From a virus (lineage: Duplodnaviria > Caudoviricetes), in IMG/VR virus record IMGVR_UViG_3300044620_001883, positions 96,001-160,000 of that record: a stretch of DNA of 64,000 bases. One strand, 5' to 3'. The position numbers were made by a program, and so were the translations under genes. Below the pieces are notes generated by a model. That model was given only the letters and a program-made list of their open reading frames with translations, was not told where the DNA came from and did not search any database. Positions 28,007-37,049 of this stretch are shown one piece after another (the stretch's first letter is position 1; each line of letters opens with the position of its first letter).

Positions 28007-28458
28007 ATCCTGAGACATCTGAGGCACCTCAAGCCCCAACAGTAGACACAACCCCCGCGGCTGTGCCGGTCTTCCTGTACCTGCTGTATTCACATGGTGT
28101 GGGTGCTCTTGTGAACGTACCGCGCGATCTTAGTGCAGACAACTGGGGACGCATGCAGGACTTCTTCTGCCAATGCGCGCGTGTACCGCGCCCCCACAAG
28201 GGTGGCTATGTTGAGTGTTACCATCTCTACGAAAACCAACGGATGGGCGACGTGTACTGGGTTGAGGAGCTGGCCAGCTCGCAGGGTATGCGGTTTACGT
28301 TGTTACCACTCGCGACTGCGACCAACAAGGAAGTCATGCAGGTCAAATCCAACCTCAGACACAACCGGGATGTTGTGGGTCTGTCGATCCTGCGGGTGAA
28401 GCGCTGGATTCAGTTCCCGCCTGTTCGCGGAGACGCCCAACCCACACAAGCAGCATGA
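28003..28458 (+). CDS. hypothetical protein
   Basis: ATGA-coupled ORF. Confidence 0.55.
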   Translation: MNPETSEAPQAPTVDTTPAAVPVFLYLLYSHGVGALVNVPRDLSADNWGRMQDFFCQCARVPRPHKGGYVECYHLYENQRMGDVYWVEELASSQGMRFTLLPLATATNKEVMQVKSNLRHNRDVVGLSILRVKRWIQFPPVRGDAQPTQAA

Positions 28459-28658
28459 GCCCGAACTACCACACGCACTCCGAGATTGGACGTGCCAGGC
28501 ACGTCGTGACGTATCACGACGGGGTTAAACAACACCCGGATGGAAGTCCCTTCTATGACATCCACATATGCAGAACTGCAAGAAAGCTGGACACCTTCGT
28601 CAAAGAGCTGGAGAAGAAAGGTTATAGACCAACCAGAGTGCACGATGGCCTGTCCTAA
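28455..28658 (+). CDS. small phage hypothetical protein
   Basis: HDGVKQHPDGSPFYDI motif. Confidence 0.6.
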   Translation: MSPNYHTHSEIGRARHVVTYHDGVKQHPDGSPFYDIHICRTARKLDTFVKELEKKGYRPTRVHDGLS

Positions 28659-28878
28659 CTGCGGTTCCAAATCCACCTGGGACGACTGCTCGTGCTGGGG
28701 CTGCAACAAGTGTGGTTGGTGTTCCCTCCAGGGTTTGAATCGAACCCCCACGGCCTCCTATCCTCGCTCCCCCCATGATGTGGCGGAGCGGGCCAGGACC
28801 TGGGGACACGATGAGGATCAGGAGTACCGGAAGCGTATGGGTCTCACATCCCACGAAGCCTTGGACGATGAAGATTGA
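28645..28878 (+). CDS. zinc-ribbon protein
   Basis: CPNCG...GCNKCGW. Confidence 0.55.
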   Translation: MACPNCGSKSTWDDCSCWGCNKCGWCSLQGLNRTPTASYPRSPHDVAERARTWGHDEDQEYRKRMGLTSHEALDDED

Positions 28879-29107
28879 TAAGAAACTCACACCCCAGGAG
28901 ATTGCCAAGGCTGTCATTGCCCACGCGGAAGCCAACTACAACACATCAGGCTGGGACGTCATCTGCGAGTGTTGGTCAAAGGATGAAGTCATTGCCTGGG
29001 TGCTGAAGTACCGTCTCAACACCGTGGAGAAAGCCATCAGGGAGTTCAAAAACATTGCCGAGGGTAATGATGAACAACGTCGAAGCCAGCTTGCCGAGGT
29101 CTGGTGA
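28868..29107 (+). CDS. small phage hypothetical protein
   Basis: HAEANYN.SGWDVICECW motif. Confidence 0.6.
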   Translation: MKIDKKLTPQEIAKAVIAHAEANYNTSGWDVICECWSKDEVIAWVLKYRLNTVEKAIREFKNIAEGNDEQRRSQLAEVW

Positions 29108-29484
29108 CAGCCCCTACCATGCTAGACATCAAGATTACAGCACCTGATATCAGCGAAGGCTGGCATCAATATCCTGCGCCTATCCAGGCCAAGGCGGGTG
29201 TACATGACATCCTGGATCAGGAGGATAACACGATTCTATTCGTGCCTCTTTCCCGGCCTGCAGGTCATGGCGAAGAAAACGGCCGGTTCGTCCGGCAGGC
29301 TCCTACCATGGCCAAGCACCTGGTGGAGATGCTGGAGGCCCACTCCGTGTACTTTCCCTGCGAGAGTCCGCCCAGGAAGCAGGCGCGCTGCTGGGCGGGC
29401 GAGGACGCCTGTCCATCCTGTCAGATGTTTTACGAGATCGTAGAGACCCTCCGGCAGGCTGGATACAAGATTGAGCTGTCATGA
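29104..29484 (+). CDS. hypothetical protein
   Basis: Overlap-coupled ORF. Confidence 0.55.
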   Translation: MTAPTMLDIKITAPDISEGWHQYPAPIQAKAGVHDILDQEDNTILFVPLSRPAGHGEENGRFVRQAPTMAKHLVEMLEAHSVYFPCESPPRKQARCWAGEDACPSCQMFYEIVETLRQAGYKIELS

Positions 29485-29657
29485 GAGCACTCTCTGTCGT
29501 TATGCGTGATCTCATTGCGGTCCTGTTTTTAATCGGGTGGTTGGCTGGCATCGTCATCGCCAAGGGGTTCTGGTCTGTGCTGTTCGCCTGCGTGTGTCCG
29601 GCATGGGCCTGGTACTTGCTGGTGGAGCGGCTGCTCCAGCTTTGTAAGATTGTTTGA
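29481..29657 (+). CDS. small membrane protein (58 aa, not in track)
   Basis: MRALSVVMRDLIAVLFLIGWLAGIVIAKGFWSVLFACVCPAWAWYLLVE; two hydrophobic segments. Confidence 0.6.
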   Translation: MRALSVVMRDLIAVLFLIGWLAGIVIAKGFWSVLFACVCPAWAWYLLVERLLQLCKIV

Positions 29658-29673
29658 AAGTACAAGACAAAAT

Positions 29674-30012
29674 ATGGCTACGAAAAACATGTTACCTTTG
29701 AATCGAACCCTAGCCGTCAAGGCATGGGTGGACGCGCGCGCCGATAAAGAAACGTTCCTGCAAAACACGACCGACGCCGCTGCGGCTGCGGCGATCTCGG
29801 AAGGTGTGGGATTCGTCGTCACCGCCTCCAACGTCATGGGTCTCAGGAACGCCCTGGGAATCCGTAAGCACGCGGCGGTCAAGGAAGACAAGGCCAAGAC
29901 CGGAAAGGTCACCCGCCAGGAATTCGAGGCACTGTCAGCGACGGTCACCCGCCTGGAGGGTGACCTGAAAGCCGTGCAGGCCCATCTCAAAGGGCAGCTG
30001 CCCCTGAAGTAA
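29674..30012 (+). CDS. hypothetical protein, possible HTH plus coiled coil
   Basis: AAAAISEGVGFVVTASNV..LR then heptad tail. Confidence 0.6.
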   Translation: MATKNMLPLNRTLAVKAWVDARADKETFLQNTTDAAAAAAISEGVGFVVTASNVMGLRNALGIRKHAAVKEDKAKTGKVTRQEFEALSATVTRLEGDLKAVQAHLKGQLPLK

Positions 30013-30023
30013 AACCTGGGAAC

Positions 30024-30221
30024 ATGACACTCGAACAACTTGAAGTCCTAGGGTTTGACCGGTCTTACAAGACTGAGGATGGTGCAGTACGGGTGGGTTG
30101 TTCGCGCTGCGCCTCGATGGTGATTCAGGGTGTTCCCTGTCACGAGAACAGCTGCCCCAATGAAGCACGCGCGAGACGCAGGTTGGTAGGCTGCGGCGAC
30201 TTCGATGAAACCGATGAGTGA
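30024..30221 (+). CDS. small Cys-rich phage protein
   Basis: VGCSRC.S.VIQGVPCHE.SCPN. Confidence 0.6.
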   Translation: MTLEQLEVLGFDRSYKTEDGAVRVGCSRCASMVIQGVPCHENSCPNEARARRRLVGCGDFDETDE

Positions 30222-30546
30222 CCTGCCAGTAAACACGAGCATCAATGCTGCTGGGTTCACCTGGCAACAGTCCGGAGTGAATGGTTGGTGTACCAAGTCG
30301 GGACCGCTGCTTATCAAGCTGCGGTATGCGCCGCCGCATGCCAATCCGTATCATCGGCCGCCAGGGTGGTACGTGACCTGCATGCACATGAACATTCACG
30401 GGCACAGCCTCCGCCTGGACGTCACTGACGCACTCCCGGTCGCATGCCGGTATGCGATTGAGCATCTGAAGGAGACGCTCCAGGAAACGCTGGATCTTCT
30501 TGAGGGTGACCCCAAGCTGGTCTGCGATGAGGAGGACGGCGAATGA
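30205..30546 (+). CDS. hypothetical protein
   Basis: Overlap-coupled ORF. Confidence 0.5.
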   Translation: MKPMSDLPVNTSINAAGFTWQQSGVNGWCTKSGPLLIKLRYAPPHANPYHRPPGWYVTCMHMNIHGHSLRLDVTDALPVACRYAIEHLKETLQETLDLLEGDPKLVCDEEDGE

Positions 30547-30782
30547 CCTTCGCAGATCTGTACGTTATTGAGCACAGTGATTGGGTTCCAGATCCCGTCA
30601 CGAGGAAACCCCTCAAGCTCTTTTGGAGCAACGATCAGGGCTGGGTCGGTCCTGATTGCCCGGATGTACTTGTCCTACATGAAACGGAACGGCAGGAGTT
30701 CGGACGCATCTACGGACTCCCTATTGCAGGTGAGTTCTTGCGGCTGGACAAATGGTTGCAGAGCTTAAAGTTGACCCCATGA
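30543..30782 (+). CDS. small hypothetical protein
   Basis: ATGA-coupled; LFWSNDQGWV motif. Confidence 0.55.
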   Translation: MTFADLYVIEHSDWVPDPVTRKPLKLFWSNDQGWVGPDCPDVLVLHETERQEFGRIYGLPIAGEFLRLDKWLQSLKLTP

Positions 30783-31393
30783 CCAAAGCCAAAACGACCG
30801 ACAACACCACAGACTCCAAGGAGGAAGAGTACTTTATCTGGTACCTGGAGGAACTCATGGAAGCTGACTACATCACCAAGTGGAGCAGGGCCGAGACGAT
30901 CACGTTGTCCGAGAATGTACCAGTCTGGTACGTGAAGCCGATGAAGAAGGGACCAGACAAACCAGTGTCCAGGATCCTCATGCAGGACGCCAAGTACACA
31001 CCGGACTTCGAGGTCACCTGGCATCCCCGCGCCTGTGGGATCTTCTACGAGCGTCCGGGTCTGCACCCGACAACCGCGAAAGGGCTCAGGCCAGCACCCT
31101 TCACAGTACTGGATGACAAAGGGAAGAGTCTGCTGGAGATCAAGGGTGGTTTCATCCAGCACAGTCAGGGCCTCCAGTACAGCATCCTGGCCAAGTGGAC
31201 CTACGCAGTCACGGGACGGTATGTCCAGCGTGTCCAGGTTTCCAGCAAGTCAGGCTCGATCTTCGACAAGACGTTCTGCCCGGCGCGCTTCCAGCTGACG
31301 GATAAGACCTGTAAGTCAAGGGCCATGGGATTCCGTCCCAAGACTCTCAAGCAGTTTGTGAACACCCAAGCGGTGCTCATGCATGAATTATGA
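30779..31393 (+). CDS. PD-(D/E)xK nuclease, DUF1064-like
   Basis: DSKEEEYF..YL.EL, KYTPDF, LLEIKG. Confidence 0.75.
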   Translation: MTKAKTTDNTTDSKEEEYFIWYLEELMEADYITKWSRAETITLSENVPVWYVKPMKKGPDKPVSRILMQDAKYTPDFEVTWHPRACGIFYERPGLHPTTAKGLRPAPFTVLDDKGKSLLEIKGGFIQHSQGLQYSILAKWTYAVTGRYVQRVQVSSKSGSIFDKTFCPARFQLTDKTCKSRAMGFRPKTLKQFVNTQAVLMHEL

Positions 31394-31578
31394 CACATCC
31401 CGAATTTTCAACAGGGCTCGTCGTTCTCAGGGACGTCGCGGCGTATGCAGGCTGGATGAGCTTTCAAGTACAGGTCATGCGGAACAAGGTACAGTCTAAC
31501 CTGGTGCATGAGATCGCCCAGATGGTGTTCCTCGTTTCAATTCTCGTGGAGTTCCTTTCCTGGTTGAAGGCACCATGA
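31390..31578 (+). CDS. small hypothetical protein
   Basis: ATGA-coupled ORF. Confidence 0.4.
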   Translation: MTHPEFSTGLVVLRDVAAYAGWMSFQVQVMRNKVQSNLVHEIAQMVFLVSILVEFLSWLKAP

Positions 31579-31865
31579 ACACCATGCGGTCACCAAAACA
31601 GCTCACATTTCTGTTCCAGGACACGGTCACCAACACCATGAACACCTTGGAGTGGGAGACGCGTGATCGTACTATCGAGGACGCTTGGGACAATGTCGTG
31701 ATCTTCTTGTGTCGCCGCCACAATGTAGTACATGAGCTTCTCCAAGTGAGCCGGTTCGCGAAAATCATGACCTTCGAGGGGCTCTGCAAGGTGCTGGATG
31801 AGAGCAAGCCCCTGCGCCGTGCAACCCCACAGGAGGTCAGAGAACTGGAACGCAACAATGGCTAA
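31575..31865 (+). CDS. hypothetical protein
   Basis: ATGA-coupled ORF. Confidence 0.5.
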   Translation: MNTMRSPKQLTFLFQDTVTNTMNTLEWETRDRTIEDAWDNVVIFLCRRHNVVHELLQVSRFAKIMTFEGLCKVLDESKPLRRATPQEVRELERNNG

Positions 31866-32070
31866 CATGTCATACTGCCGATTCCAGAACACTCTCGTGG
31901 ACCTGCGAGACTGTGAGGAGCATATGAATCAACGTACGGAAACCAAGGAAGAGAGCGAGGCCCGGGACAAACTGCTGGAGCTGTGCGCCAGGATCGCCCG
32001 TGACTACAGCTATGATGAGGGCGAACCAACTGAAGACGACAATGGCAAAGACGAAGAAACCCAAGTTTGA
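31858..32070 (+). CDS. conserved small phage protein
   Basis: MANMSYCRFQNTL.DL.DC motif. Confidence 0.7.
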   Translation: MANMSYCRFQNTLVDLRDCEEHMNQRTETKEESEARDKLLELCARIARDYSYDEGEPTEDDNGKDEETQV

Positions 32071-32350
32071 AATCGGCGACAGCGTCTGCTCCTCAGCGGA
32101 CAGCAGCGACGTTCGGCATATGCGCAATACCTGGCACGCCGTCGTGGTAGCACGCGCGGCGTGCCCAGGCACGCCGGACGACCACGTGTACATCACAGCA
32201 GGTTGGTGGGAGCATGCGGTGGATATGCGCCACGGTTTCAAAGTGTTGGAAAAGTACGTCGATCGTCAGCGGGTGCGTGCCGCACAGCGCCAGCTCTGGT
32301 GTGACACACTCCAGAAAGACACATCACGGTTTAGAGTCAGCAACTGTTGA
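32042..32350 (+). CDS. hypothetical SH3-like protein
   Basis: PKFEIGD.V start motif. Confidence 0.55.
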   Translation: MAKTKKPKFEIGDSVCSSADSSDVRHMRNTWHAVVVARAACPGTPDDHVYITAGWWEHAVDMRHGFKVLEKYVDRQRVRAAQRQLWCDTLQKDTSRFRVSNC

Positions 32351-32353
32351 AAT

Positions 32354-33124
32354 ATGGACACCCTCATTAAAGCACCCGAGCGCAAGCCGCTCCCATTGAT
32401 CCTCCACTGCGGGGCCGTCAAGGTTGATGTACAGGAACTTAGGAACGTCAAGACGCCGGAGAACACCAAGACCTGGTACCCGCTGCCGCACCATGAACTG
32501 GTCGAGAACACCCGCCGCTGTCTGACCACAGACGGGATCGAGATCGTGGATGAAGTACACGCTCTCACGCGTGATGGGGACCGGTACTTCGGGATCATGG
32601 CGGTACGGAACCCGCGCGCGCAGGTCCATCAGGACTACGAGTGGATGGTGGCTCTTCGGAACGCCAATGACCGTGCCTTCTCGGCCGGCCTGGCCTTTGG
32701 GTCTCGGGTCTTCACTTGCGACAACCTTGCCTTCTCGGGCGAGATCATGATTGCCCGCAAGCACACCCGGCACGCTGCGCTGGACCTGCCCCGTCTGATT
32801 ACCCGTGCTGCTGGCGACCTGAATGCCAGCTGGATCGGTATGGACAATCGTATCCAACAGTACAAGGACCGGGAGATCACAGACACGCTCGCCCATGACA
32901 CGATCATCCGGGCTCTGGATGCCAAGGTGATTTGTGGACAGGATGTGAAGCATGTCTTGCAGGAGTGGCGCCATCCCAGCCACGAGGCTTTCGCGCCCCG
33001 TACTGCTTGGAGTCTTTTCAACGCCCACACTGAGGTCCTGAAAGACACGAACATGCAGGATCTGCCGAAACGGACGAGATCTCTGCATGGTGTCATTGAC
33101 GCCCAGATCGGGCTCTCGGCATGA
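32354..33124 (+). CDS. DUF932-family protein
   Basis: T.TWYPLPH..LV, ALRNANDR.FSAGL.FG.RVFTCDNL.FSGE...RKHT, AWSLFNA.TE.LK. Confidence 0.8.
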   Translation: MDTLIKAPERKPLPLILHCGAVKVDVQELRNVKTPENTKTWYPLPHHELVENTRRCLTTDGIEIVDEVHALTRDGDRYFGIMAVRNPRAQVHQDYEWMVALRNANDRAFSAGLAFGSRVFTCDNLAFSGEIMIARKHTRHAALDLPRLITRAAGDLNASWIGMDNRIQQYKDREITDTLAHDTIIRALDAKVICGQDVKHVLQEWRHPSHEAFAPRTAWSLFNAHTEVLKDTNMQDLPKRTRSLHGVIDAQIGLSA

Positions 33125-33378
33125 ACCTTGTCTTCATTGAACTAACCCGGTTGTGTTATGACGACAAAGGTCTTCGCCAACCTGGCAAGAAGTTCGTCGT
33201 CAACACCCGCTATCTGATGTCCTTCAAGGCTGGTGCGGTATCGGCGTCTGGACACAGGCATGAGGGAACGACTGTGGAGTACCGGGGCAACCAAGGCTAC
33301 GGGAACCACACGGTGTTGGTAGAGGAAACATATATGCAGATCCGGACACTACTCGATAAAGCGCAAAATGGACACTGA
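33121..33378 (+). CDS. hypothetical protein
   Basis: ATGA-coupled; LVEETY.QIR motif. Confidence 0.55.
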   Translation: MNLVFIELTRLCYDDKGLRQPGKKFVVNTRYLMSFKAGAVSASGHRHEGTTVEYRGNQGYGNHTVLVEETYMQIRTLLDKAQNGH

Positions 33379-33658
33379 AGAGACCTTCAAAAAGATGCCT
33401 AACCTGACCAAACCCAAGCGAGTCCTGACGCAACAGCAGAAGGATATCATCAACGCGAAGGAGCGGATGAAGCAAAAGGCACAGAGTTTAGACACCCTGG
33501 CGGCATCGATCATGCAGGCCCTGTGTCGGAACAGCCAAGACGAGGAGGCAGTACGGTTACAACTACGCGGTCCAGACGAGAAGGATCTGGGTGGGCGTAA
33601 CCGTGAGTCAGTGCAGCGCGAGATCAGGTCACTCCTGAGACGCAACTATGGCTACTGA
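33368..33658 (+). CDS. hypothetical protein
   Basis: Overlap-coupled ORF. Confidence 0.55.
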   Translation: MDTEETFKKMPNLTKPKRVLTQQQKDIINAKERMKQKAQSLDTLAASIMQALCRNSQDEEAVRLQLRGPDEKDLGGRNRESVQREIRSLLRRNYGY

Positions 33659-34019
33659 ATCCAAGTTCACGAAAGAGCAGCTCCTGGAGGGCTTCGGCGC
33701 CTCCGGGTATCCTGACACGGAGACGTTCAGGTGGTTGTATGCTCGGCGGCGCTGGGAGCTCTTGAATGTGGACTTGGTCGAGTTACCCCAGCGGATCAAT
33801 GGTGGAGCTCGAGCCTCCGTGTACGCGCAGGTCATGGACTACCTGAAGGCGCATCCAGAGACATCTGACGATGCGCTGCTAAGTCTGCTTGATGCACAGT
33901 CCCAGCTTGCAGCGGAGGTGCGCTGCTTGCTCGACAATGGTGGAGCGGGTCCGAACCTCGGTATCCTCAAAAGGTGTGATGCTACCCTTCGGCAGATTGC
34001 CGGACTACCCCCGAAATGA
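33648..34019 (+). CDS. hypothetical protein
   Basis: Overlap-coupled ORF. Confidence 0.55.
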   Translation: MATESKFTKEQLLEGFGASGYPDTETFRWLYARRRWELLNVDLVELPQRINGGARASVYAQVMDYLKAHPETSDDALLSLLDAQSQLAAEVRCLLDNGGAGPNLGILKRCDATLRQIAGLPPK

Positions 34020-34243
34020 TCCAACGCATCTTCGATTCCTGTGTGGACTGGCTCCACTGGCTCGCCGCCCAATTCGGCACGGACTACGTGACCATCAACG
34101 TGGTCCTGTTCTGCGTCATAGTCCCCCTGGTGTTCCTGACCCTGTTGTTGTTTGCCTACTGGCAGTATTTGCGCGCTGAACATTACAAGTTGTGCTGGCA
34201 GTTGAGCCTGAATCACGCACGCGCCGTGGCACGCCTACGGTAA
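34016..34243 (+). CDS. small membrane protein
   Basis: FD.CVDWL.WLA..FGTDY.TINVVLFCVIVP plus TM segment. Confidence 0.65.
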   Translation: MIQRIFDSCVDWLHWLAAQFGTDYVTINVVLFCVIVPLVFLTLLLFAYWQYLRAEHYKLCWQLSLNHARAVARLR

Positions 34244-34259
34244 GTCAGTCTGAAACGGA

Positions 34260-34294
34260 TCCAGCCCCTTCGGGGGTTGGATTTCGTTAGCTAT
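34260..34294 (+). terminator. intrinsic-type terminator hairpin (cUUCGg) followed by TTTCGTTAGCTAT
   Basis: tccagcccc-TTCG-ggggttgga stem 34260-34281, then tttcgttagctat 34282-34294; ends the 34-kb gene chain. Confidence 0.75.
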
Positions 34295-34306
34295 CACTCG
34301 TCGAGG

Positions 34307-34335
34307 TTGCAGGGGCGGGGGACTGTGGGTAGGTT
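34307..34335 (+). promoter_or_regulatory. sigma70-like promoter, leaderless geometry
   Basis: TTGCAG-N17-TAGGTT, 8 nt before ATG 34344, no SD. Confidence 0.55.
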
Positions 34336-34343
34336 TTGGGCAT

Positions 34344-37049
34344 ATGTTGTCCCTGCTCGCCCCACCCATCGTCAAGTCCTCGAGTGCCCTCCCGGTTCTC
34401 GAACGGGCGGCAGGCAAGATCCAGGATGCCGTGGACCCTGCTCCGCTCGAGAAGGCCCCCGCGACGGCCCGTCCTGAATCCAAGAGGCACCGGGAGGCTT
34501 TGGTGGATGAAGCAAGGGTGCGGCACTACCAGGACCAACCTTTCAGTACATCTGCCATGCTAGGTGGTGGGCTCGGTTTGAGTGTGCCGTGGGTGCTGGC
34601 TGCCATCATGGCTCCCAAGATGTACCGGAATAATGCCGACATTGGTAGGCTGGCACAGCTCTCGGCAGCCGGTGGGCTAGTCGGGACCGGGACAGGTCTG
34701 GGTGCTGAAGCACTAGGACGCCTCTTGACCCGTGGGTTCGGTCCCAATTTCAAACCTTCGCAGTGGCACCGGGACCAGGATCCTCACCGCTGGAACAGTG
34801 CACTCCGGACTGCCCCCATCGCGGTGGCCACGCTGGGTGGTAAAGCACTGTCGACCATGTTTCGGGAGATGCACAAGGATGCCAGCAACGACCAGGATCT
34901 TCGGAGCCGTATCGCAGCTGCGTACAAGCAGGTCACAATCCCTGACCTGAAGGCCATCGAGCACGGTCAGTACCAGAAGGGTCACTTCTCCTGGAAGGGT
35001 CTCGGTATCACGATCGAGTCTGCCCCTGGTGCAGTGCGGCGTGGGGTCGATAAGGATGGGACGGAGTGGTCCGTGAAGCTCAAGAATGCCTACGGGTACA
35101 TCAAGGGCACCACCAGCGCAGAACCCGGTGACCAGATGGATGTCTTCATGGGTCCACATCCCGAGAGCGAGATCGTGTTTGTGGTGGACCAGAACAAGCA
35201 GAAGACCAAGACCTTCGATGAACACAAGTGCGTCGTAGGCTGCCGTACTGTTGCTGAAGCGAAGGAGCTGTACATCAAGAACTACTCGGAAGGCTGGACC
35301 GGCTTCCGGGACATCACACCCATGACGCTACCCCAGTTCAAGTCATGGCTAAAGAAAGGGGACATGACCAAGCCACTGGCCGGGCAGCAGTTCCAGGATT
35401 TCCACAAGCAGGCCACAAATTCGCTGGTCAACATTCTACCAAGCTCAGATATTTCCATCATGCACACTAGCCTCACACCCGCCCCCTGGACCAAGCAAGC
35501 CATCAATCTCAAGGGGGTCCTTCCTGCTCTCAAGGGCATGTTCAGCCGCACACCAGGTGCGGTCGGTGCGACTGAGGGGGCTACTGCAGCGCCGGCCGCG
35601 GAGAAGCTCCGAAGCTTCCTAGCTGGCGGAGGCAACCTGCGACCAGGGGAGTACGAGCGCGTTGCCCTGCAGCACCCGGAGCTCATGGCTGAGTTCCCTC
35701 GCATCCGTGATGCCGTGAATCTGGCTGACGTTCGGCGGATGATCGGCACTGGTCCTATTCCTGGCGCGTTTCAGGGGGGTGTTGGTAATCAGGTAGCACA
35801 GACGCTGATCGGTGGTGGAGCTGGTGCGGGGCTTGGTCTCGCTGAAAACAGTTTCACGGACATGGGACCGGACATGCAGAAGAACAACCTGATTGCCAAT
35901 ACGGCCTTAGGTCTGTTGGCAGGCAACCCAATCGCGCGGCAACGTATGCTCAAAAAGGTGTTCACGGATCCTGCTACTGGTCTCCGGAACATTGGGTACA
36001 ACCCGAAGGCCTTAATGGGTGCCAGTACAGGCCTCATCGGCAAGACATCCCTGCTGCTTGGTGGTGATAAACTGTTTGGTACTCTTGACAACCTGCGAGC
36101 CGGTACAGGCAAACTCACCAGCACCGCGACCAAGCTCGATTCCAAGATGGACAAGGCTGAGAACAGTATTGCCAAGAACTTCAAGGAGCCGTTCGAGAAG
36201 TTGGAGAATTCTTCCAAGGAGCTGGGCGGCAAGCTGATGGACTCAGGCTCTAAGTTGATTGCTGGAGGCCGCCCGTATGTTGGGGGCATTGGTGGTGCAT
36301 TCCTGGGCAATATGGTAGGCCAGTACTTCGAGGACGAGAAGCGGGTCTCTGCCGAGGAGGCCAAAAGACAGAAGCGCAATCGTATCCTGCTCACACTGCT
36401 CGGCGGCGCTGCAGGTGCAGGACTCGGATCGGCCGACCAGAACACTCTCCCGGATACGCTTCGCCGTCTCCAGGGTGGTTGGCAAACAGCAAAAGGTACG
36501 GCAGCAGATCTGTACAACAAGGTGACCAAGCAGGCCAATCTGGAGACTTCATTACCAGACGCTCTGAAACTGTTCGGCGTAAACTCCGAAGCCGCCACAC
36601 CAGATACTGTGGCGGCTCTCAAGGAACTTGCTGTACTTTCGCAAAGCTCAGATCCTAGAGCGGCTGTGCATGCAGCATGGGCTGTTCCCACAGTCGAACG
36701 TGCCGTTGCGATGCCGCTTGGCGGTGCCGCACTTGGTGGAGCCGCTGGTGGATTGATCCAGATGCTGCGCGGGCACGGTGTGCGCGATAAGAAACGTCGA
36801 CCTTCTGTTGGTGCTGGAGTTGGTTGGGGTGGGGTAGCAGGTGGGTTGCTTGGTGTCCTGGCTGCCGCCGACGCACCACGCCAGGGCTGGAATGCTTCCC
36901 CAATGGGGCGTGCCATTGGCACCGTGCCGCTATCAGATGGTTTGAGGACCTACTGGCGGATGCTGAGCGGTAACGGTGCCGACACCGCCATCGAAGATGC
37001 TTTGAACGCCGCTGCGATCAATAAATGGATACCGAAACTGGCGCCATGA
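34344..37049 (+). CDS. large virion-type polyprotein: glycine zippers plus inorganic pyrophosphatase (InPase) domain
   Basis: ~34950-35360 GHFSWKGLGITIE..PG.VRRG.DKDG.EW......YGYIKGT...GDQMDVFMG...VFVVDQ...FDEHK....A..LY..NY..GW matches the InPase domain of polyvalent proteins; several GGxxGxxxG segments; KDA/KQA motifs at boundaries. Confidence 0.85.
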   Translation: MLSLLAPPIVKSSSALPVLERAAGKIQDAVDPAPLEKAPATARPESKRHREALVDEARVRHYQDQPFSTSAMLGGGLGLSVPWVLAAIMAPKMYRNNADIGRLAQLSAAGGLVGTGTGLGAEALGRLLTRGFGPNFKPSQWHRDQDPHRWNSALRTAPIAVATLGGKALSTMFREMHKDASNDQDLRSRIAAAYKQVTIPDLKAIEHGQYQKGHFSWKGLGITIESAPGAVRRGVDKDGTEWSVKLKNAYGYIKGTTSAEPGDQMDVFMGPHPESEIVFVVDQNKQKTKTFDEHKCVVGCRTVAEAKELYIKNYSEGWTGFRDITPMTLPQFKSWLKKGDMTKPLAGQQFQDFHKQATNSLVNILPSSDISIMHTSLTPAPWTKQAINLKGVLPALKGMFSRTPGAVGATEGATAAPAAEKLRSFLAGGGNLRPGEYERVALQHPELMAEFPRIRDAVNLADVRRMIGTGPIPGAFQGGVGNQVAQTLIGGGAGAGLGLAENSFTDMGPDMQKNNLIANTALGLLAGNPIARQRMLKKVFTDPATGLRNIGYNPKALMGASTGLIGKTSLLLGGDKLFGTLDNLRAGTGKLTSTATKLDSKMDKAENSIAKNFKEPFEKLENSSKELGGKLMDSGSKLIAGGRPYVGGIGGAFLGNMVGQYFEDEKRVSAEEAKRQKRNRILLTLLGGAAGAGLGSADQNTLPDTLRRLQGGWQTAKGTAADLYNKVTKQANLETSLPDALKLFGVNSEAATPDTVAALKELAVLSQSSDPRAAVHAAWAVPTVERAVAMPLGGAALGGAAGGLIQMLRGHGVRDKKRRPSVGAGVGWGGVAGGLLGVLAAADAPRQGWNASPMGRAIGTVPLSDGLRTYWRMLSGNGADTAIEDALNAAAINKWIPKLAP

